Virus record (IMG/VR): IMGVR_UViG_3300032272_000018
Location: 1-53,911 of that record
DNA from: a virus
Lineage: Duplodnaviria; Caudoviricetes
Direction: 5' to 3' (one strand)
DNA: 53,911 nt
The translations under genes were made by a program, and so were the position numbers. This document shows, in pieces, positions 1 through 6,107 of this stretch; the stretch's first letter is position 1; each line of letters begins with the position of its first letter. A model generated the notes under the pieces. The model was given only the letters and a program-made list of their open reading frames with translations, searched no databases and was not told where the DNA came from.

Positions 1-143
1 TGCCCCTGTGATTTCATGCCCCTGTGATTTCATGCCCCTGTGATTTCATGCCCCTGTGATTTCATGCCCCTGTGATTTCATGCCCCTGTGATTTCATGCC
101 CCTGTGATTTCATGCCCCTGTGATTTCATGCCCCTGTGATTTC
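1..143. repeat. Tandem repeat, 16-bp unit TGCCCCTGTGATTTCA, ~8.9 copies, truncated by the window edge
   Basis: Eight perfect units plus 15 nt are directly visible; a further partial copy GCCCCTGTGATTT lies at 193-205. Confidence 0.97.
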
Positions 144-482
144 TCATGGTGCGGAAAAAACAAGGCTTAGTGTTGAGAGTAAAAATAGCTTCGCCCCTGT
201 GATTTTGTAGGGCGAATATGTTTGGGGGTACGGAGGGGGGATAAACCCCCATTTTTGAAAGGGGTGCGCTTGGCTCGGCAGGGTGATGGAAGGAGGAGCG
301 GCCTTATGGCTGGGGCTTGCTTGGCTGCTGTTGTGCTTCCGCTTTGGTGGATCCTTGCCGGTGCCTCCTTGCATGGTTTGCCGTCATGGGGTGATGTATA
401 GCGGTTTCCTGCTGTGCTTTCGTATATTGCACAGCAGAAGGCCAGCGGTAATATACCTCACACGCTGGCCTTGTCAAACGGT

Positions 483-887
483 TTATGGTGTACATGAGGA
501 TTTCAACACCTTCACCGCCCACCCGTTCGCGGTGAAGGTGTACCCGCCTTCCTCTGCCTTGTTCATGTGCTTTATCAATGTTGTGCGTTCCATATTCAAA
601 ACCCTGGCAACTTGCGAGCGATTAAGCAGAGGGAGAACGGTATCAGTTGCCGGGTGGATGCATTTATATTTTCTATAGGCCGTTGACGCGCGCGGCGCGC
701 TCTCCATCCCAAGGTGGTTTTCAATGATCAGTAATACAGCTTTATTTGTCGAGCAGTGGGGGAATTTCTCTTTCAATGCTTGAAAGGTCTCAAGGGGAAG
801 GGTTGAGAATACCCCTTTGGTTCCTGTTGCTTTCTTGGCTGGCTGCTTGGTCGGCTGCTTGGCTGGTTTCTTCGCTGTGGCGGTCAT
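483..887 (-). CDS. Putative DNA-binding protein (C-terminal HTH-like segment, Lys/Pro-rich N-tail)
   Basis: 134-aa ORF with GAGGGG RBS; LLNRSQVARVLNMERTTLIKHM resembles an HTH; AKKPAKQPTKQPAKKA basic tail. Confidence 0.6.
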   Translation of the reverse strand: MTATAKKPAKQPTKQPAKKATGTKGVFSTLPLETFQALKEKFPHCSTNKAVLLIIENHLGMESAPRASTAYRKYKCIHPATDTVLPLLNRSQVARVLNMERTTLIKHMNKAEEGGYTFTANGWAVKVLKSSCTP

Positions 888-910
888 GCGCTGCCCCTCG
901 GAATGATTAA

Positions 911-965
911 GCCCCGGCCTTTGATTGGCCGGGGCGGTTGTGGTTGTGGTTGTGGTTGTGCTTGT
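911..965 (-). repeat. Intergenic hairpin element copy A: (ACAACC)4 + GCCCCGGCC-AATCAAA-GGCCGGGGC
   Basis: Perfect 9-bp stem with 7-nt loop at 911-935, upstream of the RBS of 483..887. Confidence 0.9.
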
Positions 966-975
966 TGTTGCGGCC

Positions 976-1167
976 TTAAAACTCCTCGGAAAGCTGGCGC
1001 GCTACTTCAGCGACACTTCCGAGGACAGTGTGCTCTTTCCCGGAGGTCATTCGGATCCTGGCAATGCTATCTAGGTCAACCTGTTCGATTGACTCCACTA
1101 GCGCCTGATTTATAAAGAGAGCCTTGTTGCCTCTATCATTGGTCTCGGTACTTTTAAAGTATTTCAT
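976..1167 (-). CDS. Small early protein, FlbD-like
   Basis: 63 aa, AAGGGG RBS; the pattern FIN...VESIE...IRM.SG....V.GS..EV resembles the FlbD/SwrD-type small proteins common in phages. Confidence 0.55.
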   Translation of the reverse strand: MKYFKSTETNDRGNKALFINQALVESIEQVDLDSIARIRMTSGKEHTVLGSVAEVARQLSEEF

Positions 1168-1179
1168 GCTATCCCCTTT

Positions 1180-1221
1180 GCCCGGCCTTTGATTGGCCGG
1201 GGCGGTTGTTGTTGTGGTTGT
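1180..1221 (-). repeat. Intergenic hairpin element copy B
   Basis: GCCCGGCC-TTTGATT-GGCCGGGGC (plus strand) at 1180-1203 followed by a GGTTGT-type tract; abuts the RBS of 976..1167. Confidence 0.9.
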
Positions 1222-1255
1222 GGCCTTAAAACTCCTCGGAAAGCTGGCGCGCTAT

Positions 1256-1588
1256 TTACGGCAGAGTGTTGCTAACGTCTATCCGCTCAAGCAGGCCCCA
1301 TTCGTAGCCGATTTCTTCTATTTCGCCTGTGGTAAGGATCGTCCCTTCCGGAGCGCGGCCCTTGAGTTTAAAAACCAATGCTGTATCGCCTGCCTGCTGC
1401 TGATACTGTATCCGGTTCATTCTAACCTCTACCCCGAGCAGGGTAGAGATAACGGCGGCGGTTGACTCGTGCCCGACCGCGCTCCGAAAGCAAGGCGTGA
1501 TGATCTTCTTTGCTTGCTCAAGCGAGCAAGCTTTATAGGTGTACGTTCCGTGCGCCGTGATGATTGATGTATTTAAGATTGTTATCAT
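1256..1588 (-). CDS. acrIII-1: DUF1874 / STIV B116 / YddF family protein = AcrIII-1 cA4 ring nuclease (anti-type III CRISPR)
   Basis: 110 aa with the family hallmarks ILNTSII, SAVGHESTA (catalytic GH), MNRI, GDTALVFKL and RAPEG.IL...EI; GAGAGG RBS. Confidence 0.88.
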   Translation of the reverse strand: MITILNTSIITAHGTYTYKACSLEQAKKIITPCFRSAVGHESTAAVISTLLGVEVRMNRIQYQQQAGDTALVFKLKGRAPEGTILTTGEIEEIGYEWGLLERIDVSNTLP

Positions 1589-1611
1589 TTTATGCTATCC
1601 TCTCTTGTTAA

Positions 1612-1749
1612 TTAAAATATTACAGGCACAACCTCAAACTGATATAGGTTGCCGCAGACATAGCAACCCATGTTGCTGCCAATATTAACGGCCGTTTCCC
1701 TGACGTGTGCCGATGTGCTTTGCGCATATTTTGTTCTTATTTCGTTCAT
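1612..1749 (-). CDS. Small hypothetical protein (45 aa, CxxC)
   Basis: Start re-called at MNEIRTK, just downstream of hairpin copy C; ORF track start is 1806. Confidence 0.45.
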   Translation of the reverse strand: MNEIRTKYAQSTSAHVRETAVNIGSNMGCYVCGNLYQFEVVPVIF

Positions 1750-1760
1750 TTTTTCTCTTT

Positions 1761-1796
1761 GCCCCGACCATTGATTGGCCGGGGCGGCTGTGGTTT
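1761..1796 (-). repeat. Intergenic hairpin element copy C
   Basis: Minus strand GCCCCGGCC-AATCAAT-GGTCGGGGC; the single stem change gives a G-U pair on the minus strand. Confidence 0.85.
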
Positions 1797-2053
1797 TACC
1801 TTGCAATCTTTCCGGGGCCTATCTCGTCAAATCGGAAAGATAGTCTTGGCTTGTCGCCGAATGGCGTTAAATCTATAGTATCTCGCCACAAAGACACTAT
1901 AAACGCCGGGCTTGTGCCTTGCGGGATGTCCGTTATTTCCCTGATTTGCAGGGATGAGCCGTTATAATCACCCGGCTTTGATCCTGGATGTGCCAATGTT
2001 GTTACAGGTAATCCTTTTCCGCTGCATATTGTCTTTACCAATATTTTTTTCAT
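1796..2053 (-). CDS. Hypothetical early protein (85 aa)
   Basis: Start re-called at MKKILVKT with an AAGGA RBS, downstream of hairpin copy D. Confidence 0.6.
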   Translation of the reverse strand: MKKILVKTICSGKGLPVTTLAHPGSKPGDYNGSSLQIREITDIPQGTSPAFIVSLWRDTIDLTPFGDKPRLSFRFDEIGPGKIAR

Positions 2054-2066
2054 GATCTTTATCCTT

Positions 2067-2095
2067 ACCCCGTTGCCGGGGCGGTTGTGGTTGGA
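2067..2095 (-). repeat. Shortened hairpin element copy D (ACCACAACC-GCCCCG-GCAA-CGGGGT)
   Basis: Same 5' tract and stem base as the other copies, capped by a GNRA tetraloop. Confidence 0.7.
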
Positions 2096-2096
2096 T

Positions 2097-2333
2097 TTAT
2101 AACCAAACAAGGTTGTGTTTCTGCGCATTCCACATAATGCTTTTCCTATTTCGGCGGATCGAAACCTCATACCAGTGAATACGGCAGGCGAGATGCTTCC
2201 CTGCTCTATCATGATATAGACAGAGGTCTTTCTTGCCTGTGTTCTTAAGTACGAATCTCAGCTTGTCGGTTGTCGGCTCTTTGCGCGCGTATAGCGTCGG
2301 CCTTGCATATTTTACTTTGAATGATGTTGTCAT
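2097..2333 (-). CDS. Hypothetical basic early protein (78 aa)
   Basis: GAGGGG RBS; fills the slot between the ribozyme and element D. Confidence 0.6.
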   Translation of the reverse strand: MTTSFKVKYARPTLYARKEPTTDKLRFVLKNTGKKDLCLYHDRAGKHLACRIHWYEVSIRRNRKSIMWNAQKHNLVWL

Positions 2334-2365
2334 GATCCCCTCTTTTGATAGGTGATTATAAAAAA

Positions 2366-2449
2366 AGCTGGCTGGCCTCGTCAGAGGGCGGGAACCGCCC
2401 CGCCCTGACAGCAGAGGGTAGGCCCCTGCTGTTTCGCCTGTATCAAGCT
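2366..2449 (-). ncRNA. Hammerhead ribozyme, type II topology
   Basis: Minus strand reads GGC-GAAA-CAGCAGGGG-CCUAC-CCUCUGCUG-UC/AGGGCGGG-GCGGUU-CCCGCCCU-CUGACGA-GGCC. Full conserved core (CUGANGA 2384-2378, GAAA 2435-2432, GUC 2409-2407) with a 10-bp stem III and an 8-bp stem I. Confidence 0.88.
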
Positions 2450-2984
2450 AATTACGCGCTTTCCTCAATACAGATGAAAAGAAGAAACAATCAAGGAGAA
2501 CGAGCTTGCTGCTTGCAATAGCTATGTTGTGCGGCGAAATCTCAAACCTTATATCAGAACCGTAATTAGTTAGAGCATCCACAGCCGCGCAGAGAGCGGT
2601 TTTCTTGTGGTGGAACTTGTTCGGAATTTCCCTGAACATGTCCTCGGTATTGTAGAAAGATTCATATGAGCACTGTTCGGGTGTCAACTTGCGAAGACAA
2701 CAGTAGAATTCATATTCGTACTGAGAAAGATTACCTTTCACCTTGCGCACCTTGTCAAAATGTTTCTGCTCGTAGATGCTGCTCTCTTCGTCTTCACATA
2801 TAGCTATCCTTTCAATCTTTGGGAACAACCTTGAACTAGGGAACCAGCCAAGAGACATGCATTCTTTTACAGGGTCATTTGATTTTATTAAAACGGTTGA
2901 CCTGTTTTTTCTGTAGACAGTTGAAAAGGCTCCCCGGCCTATGCACTTCAGCCCTGTGGTGCTGGTTTCGCGTGATGTGGTCAT
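2448..2984 (-). CDS. Protein kinase-like fold early protein
   Basis: Gly loop IGRGAFSTVY, VLIK lysine, catalytic-loop-like FEISPHNI, metal-binding-like LVLLDCF. Start re-called at MTTSRE with an AAGGGG RBS. Confidence 0.7.
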   Translation of the reverse strand: MTTSRETSTTGLKCIGRGAFSTVYRKNRSTVLIKSNDPVKECMSLGWFPSSRLFPKIERIAICEDEESSIYEQKHFDKVRKVKGNLSQYEYEFYCCLRKLTPEQCSYESFYNTEDMFREIPNKFHHKKTALCAAVDALTNYGSDIRFEISPHNIAIASSKLVLLDCFFFSSVLRKARN

Positions 2985-2999
2985 GATATATTCCCCTTT

Positions 3000-3041
3000 G
3001 CCCCGGCCTTTGATTGGCCGGGGCGGTTGTGGTTGTGGTTT
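3000..3041 (-). repeat. Intergenic hairpin element copy E
   Basis: Perfect copy of the 25-nt hairpin (3000-3024) plus (ACAACC)2, abutting the RBS of the kinase-like gene. Confidence 0.9.
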
Positions 3042-3043
3042 GA

Positions 3044-3235
3044 TTAGTATTCTTCCCAAGATCCCCAAACAACCGAATCGTTGGATGCTTCGTATCCGCT
3101 ACGTCGGGCCACAATGACCCGTCCTTTTATTTTGATCTCTTGCACTTCCCCGCAATAATATGGAAGAATCGCATCGAGTCTTTTAATGAGCTGCTTACGG
3201 CCCTGAATTGTTGCTTGTATTTGTTTTTCTGTCAT
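3044..3235 (-). CDS. Hypothetical early protein (63 aa)
   Basis: Strong AAGGAGG RBS; first gene after promoter P2. Confidence 0.7.
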   Translation of the reverse strand: MTEKQIQATIQGRKQLIKRLDAILPYYCGEVQEIKIKGRVIVARRSGYEASNDSVVWGSWEEY

Positions 3236-3288
3236 GATATCCTCCTTGTTTGGGTTGTTCAGGCTTTCACCTGATTTGCTTTATACTT

Positions 3289-3350
3289 CTCTCTGATCTG
3301 TCTTAACTATAACACCTTTATATAACAGTGTCACGCTTTTTCTTTGTGCT
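3289..3350 (-). promoter_or_regulatory. sigma70-type early promoter P2
   Basis: -35 GTGACA (3334-3329), 17-bp spacer, extended -10 TGT-TATAGT (hexamer 3311-3306), A-rich UP-like tract; near-identical to 4091-4152. Confidence 0.8.
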
Positions 3351-3405
3351 TTGTTCTTTTTTCTCTGCCTGCCGTTACCGCGCGACGGGGCGGTTGTTAA
3401 CGGTT

Positions 3406-3993
3406 TTAATTACGCGGTATGGGTTTACGAGCAAATGCTAACCCCTTTGGTACTGTCCCCGTTTCCAGGAAGAAGCAGTCCGTCCCATATATGTCGTCAC
3501 CCGTGGCTGCATTAATATCAAGCAGCTCTCTCATTTCAGGATTAATTAACCAGCATTCGTTTGGGGTTATTCCACAGGCAAATAACCTGTACATGGAGCA
3601 ACCGTATCTGTATAGGTTATTATTTATTTTTTCAAACTCTGTAAACTTCACGGTCATTTCTCTTTCTCCTTTAGACTCATTTGCTTCAAATCTGTTCTTC
3701 ACCACTCTGACACACTGCAAGCGGACCGCTGCCAGCGTGGCAGCGTCAAAGCAAAAAACTGTATCTGTTTCAAGGTCGGTTGTAATGCCGTGCCATGTTT
3801 TTTCGCCCATGTCTGCTTGCTGGTAGTACTCGCAGACTATCAAGCCATTGTCAAAGTCTTCCGTGTAAAATGGGTTTGCGACATTCCTTTTATTTAATCC
3901 GGTCCGGCTACTGATCTCGCACCTAAGCAACGAGAGGGTTAAACCCGCCGCTCTCTCATGGCTCTCTTTGTCTATGCTGCGTATGATTTTCAT
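3406..3993 (-). CDS. Hypothetical early protein (195 aa; possible fusion of two genes)
   Basis: AAGGGG RBS; an internal AAGGAG RBS and in-frame ATG at 3657. Confidence 0.7.
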   Translation of the reverse strand: MKIIRSIDKESHERAAGLTLSLLRCEISSRTGLNKRNVANPFYTEDFDNGLIVCEYYQQADMGEKTWHGITTDLETDTVFCFDAATLAAVRLQCVRVVKNRFEANESKGEREMTVKFTEFEKINNNLYRYGCSMYRLFACGITPNECWLINPEMRELLDINAATGDDIYGTDCFFLETGTVPKGLAFARKPIPRN

Positions 3994-4090
3994 AATGTCC
4001 CCTTTTGCTGGTTGTCTACATGGTGCTTTTCTCGCCTCTGCCTCGGTGCTGCATGTGGTCAGATCGTTATCAAGTGCGCTCGGCTGTTGT

Positions 4091-4152
4091 CTCTCTGACC
4101 TGTCTTAACTATAACACTTTCATATAACAGTGTCACGTTTTTTCTTCGTGCT
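4091..4152 (-). promoter_or_regulatory. sigma70-type early promoter P1
   Basis: -35 GTGACA (4136-4131), 17-bp spacer, extended -10 TATAGT (4113-4108); duplicate of P2. Confidence 0.8.
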
Positions 4153-4199
4153 GTGTTCTTTTTTATTTAAGTTATTGTTATTGCCTAATGTATTGCAAT

Positions 4200-4221
4200 A
4201 ATGTGAACCGCGCTTCACATT
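4200..4221. promoter_or_regulatory. Palindromic operator-like site AATGTGAA-N6-TTCACATT
   Basis: Perfect 8-bp arms in the divergent early/late intergenic region; extra half-sites near 4239 and 4272. Confidence 0.45.
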
Positions 4222-4353
4222 TTGAATATTAGATTCATAATGTGAACTTACCCTCGTTTATTGCAACAGACGTTCACATGTCAAAAACGCCGTGCATTTT
4301 TAACCCATATTCTTAGCCTGCTAACTATTTATTACAGTTTTGTATTAAATATA

Positions 4354-4382
4354 TTGCAACCTTTTTACAATTATGTGATAAT
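4354..4382 (+). promoter_or_regulatory. sigma70-type promoter for the packaging operon (probably leaderless)
   Basis: TTGCAA-17bp-GATAAT with a TG extension; the ATG lies 6 nt after the -10 and has no SD. Confidence 0.55.
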
Positions 4383-4388
4383 CGTTTT

Positions 4389-5201
4389 ATGAGCGATGAA
4401 AAACCCACAAAACCCGATAAATTCAAAGATCCAACACAAACCCCCAAGGGATCAAAAAAGGAACCGTGGGCCCCGCTCCCTCCTGGTAAGGCCGGAAATC
4501 CAATGAAATACGTACCAATTCCCAAGGATCAGCAGAAAAAGCGCGGGCCTGCTCCCCGTAAAGGACTGTTTGCGGAGGCTCGTAAAAAGGTGGCGGCCAA
4601 GAAAAAAGGCCCGCGCACCCTGCCCCCACTATCCCTGACCCGTGCGGAATACAAGGACGTATTCCGCACTATTGAGGATTTAGAGACAGCCGCCAACGCT
4701 TACCGGGACGAGTGTTCGAAGACCGGAGATCTACCCACCTTGACAGGGTTTTGCTTGTCCTGCGGCGGCAACTCAACACTCCTCGACTCCTATATAGATG
4801 GAGCGGATAAATCTCTTGCTCGTGCTGCTCAGGCCGTAGCTGATTGGATTATCGAGCAGATGGATCAAGCAGTAATCGGCGGGACGTGCCCTGTTAATTA
4901 TGCTCAGCATATTGCGATTAATCAGCATAAGAGAGTGAATTCAAGGACGTACACAGAATCAAGCAATAAGACAGTAGTGGACAATCAGCACACCCTCGCA
5001 AACATCATTGACAAAGCAGACACCGGAGGACTACCCGCCCCGCCTGGAGCAGTTAAGAGGATTGGAGCAGGCGCAGACAAGCAACGGGTTATAGAGCTGG
5101 AACCGGTACGGGACACCAGAGGGCAGAGCAGGCCGGGCAGTAAGGCAGCGCAGAGGGTAACGGACTCTGAATCCGTTGGTCGCAAGACAAGGAAGAGCTG
5201 A
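4389..5201 (+). CDS. Terminase small subunit (P22 gp3-like DNA-packaging domain)
   Basis: FRTIEDLETAANAYRDEC...PTLTGFCLSCG pattern; basic disordered termini; position upstream of TerL. Confidence 0.7.
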   Translation: MSDEKPTKPDKFKDPTQTPKGSKKEPWAPLPPGKAGNPMKYVPIPKDQQKKRGPAPRKGLFAEARKKVAAKKKGPRTLPPLSLTRAEYKDVFRTIEDLETAANAYRDECSKTGDLPTLTGFCLSCGGNSTLLDSYIDGADKSLARAAQAVADWIIEQMDQAVIGGTCPVNYAQHIAINQHKRVNSRTYTESSNKTVVDNQHTLANIIDKADTGGLPAPPGAVKRIGAGADKQRVIELEPVRDTRGQSRPGSKAAQRVTDSESVGRKTRKS

Positions 5202-5451
5202 ACTGTAAGCACATGCACAGCAGTACAGTATTTGCACATACTCACAGCCCCCGCACTGCCCCCACTTTTTGCCGCATGGCTTGGCTGATTGGCGTGGTCT
5301 GCTTGGATGATGAATGAAAAAGTTTCCGAATGGTCATAGGCAGGATGATGGGGGGGGGGTGCCCCTGGTGGCTAATCGGCGGCGGCTGTAATATTGATAG
5401 GGGGGTGTCCAGTGCTCCTGAAAAATTTGAAAAAAAAATTGGAGAAAATAG

Positions 5452-6096
5452 ATGACGAAGATAAAAGACGCTGCTCTAGATAACCCTATCTGGAGGTTGA
5501 ATAATTTATATTCTATCCAAGATAAAGCTGGTCATGTAGTACCTTTTAGTCCGAACAAAGACCAAACTGATTTTATAGAAACTTCGCTTACAGGCTTGAA
5601 TTTCGTGCTCAAGAGACGCAGGCAAAAGGGACTAACTTCAATCGTACTGATGCTTATGCTAGATGAGTGTCTGTTTGCCAAGAATGTTAAATGTGGACTC
5701 GTCGAACTCACCTACCGAGCCGCCTCTAATGTTTTATCTAAAATAAAAATGGCATACGACAAAATTCCGACCGAGCTGAAGGAAGCATGTCCGCTTGTAT
5801 CCGAAACAAAAAGGGAGCTGGTATGGGCTAACGGTTCAACCATTTACGCGGGCACTTCAATCAAAAAAGGCGAGACCCATGATATGCTATCCATATCCGA
5901 GTTCGACTTTATACAAGAGAGGCTGCCGAATCTCGCGACAGATATTGAACAATCCATCCACGATTCATTGGCAGAGCACGGACAGTGCTTTGTAAGCAGC
6001 GACGCAAGAACACTAGACTCGATCCTTGGGTTATATGATATGGCTGAAAGGAATTCTAATGGCATCGACCATAATGGATTTTTTATTTTTGGCTAA
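5452..6096 (+). CDS. Truncated terminase large subunit paralogue (ATPase domain only)
   Basis: Aligns by eye with the N-terminal half of 6108..7670 (WRLNNLYSI, LKRRRQKGLTS, KIKMAYDKIP, ELVWANGS, LSISEF); no nuclease domain; GGAG RBS. Confidence 0.82.
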   Translation: MTKIKDAALDNPIWRLNNLYSIQDKAGHVVPFSPNKDQTDFIETSLTGLNFVLKRRRQKGLTSIVLMLMLDECLFAKNVKCGLVELTYRAASNVLSKIKMAYDKIPTELKEACPLVSETKRELVWANGSTIYAGTSIKKGETHDMLSISEFDFIQERLPNLATDIEQSIHDSLAEHGQCFVSSDARTLDSILGLYDMAERNSNGIDHNGFFIFG

Positions 6097-6107
6097 CAGA
6101 CTTCAAA

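Noticed and set aside
1-143. CRISPR array
   Set aside because: The units are contiguous 16-mers with no spacers, and there are no cas genes.
144-678. Short ORFs 144..374, 283..678 and 304..522
   Set aside because: Low-complexity or overlapping translations with no convincing RBS or motif.
2366-2449. Functional coupling of the hammerhead with the phage RNA ligase (RNA circularisation)
   Set aside because: Only one ribozyme was found, and its 2',3'-cyclic phosphate/5'-OH ends are not substrates for an ATP-dependent ligase without healing enzymes.
911-3041. Hairpin repeats as a CRISPR array, integron attC sites or intrinsic terminators
   Set aside because: They are separated by whole genes, lack attC RYYYAAC/GTTRRRY ends and any integrase, and are followed by an RBS rather than a U-tract on the transcribed strand. 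A CRISPR-repeat-mimic role cannot be assessed without a repeat database.
911-3041. N4-type virion RNA polymerase hairpin promoters
   Set aside because: The 7-nt loop differs from N4's 3-nt loop, no RNA polymerase motifs were recognised in the giant protein, and ordinary sigma70 promoters lie upstream.
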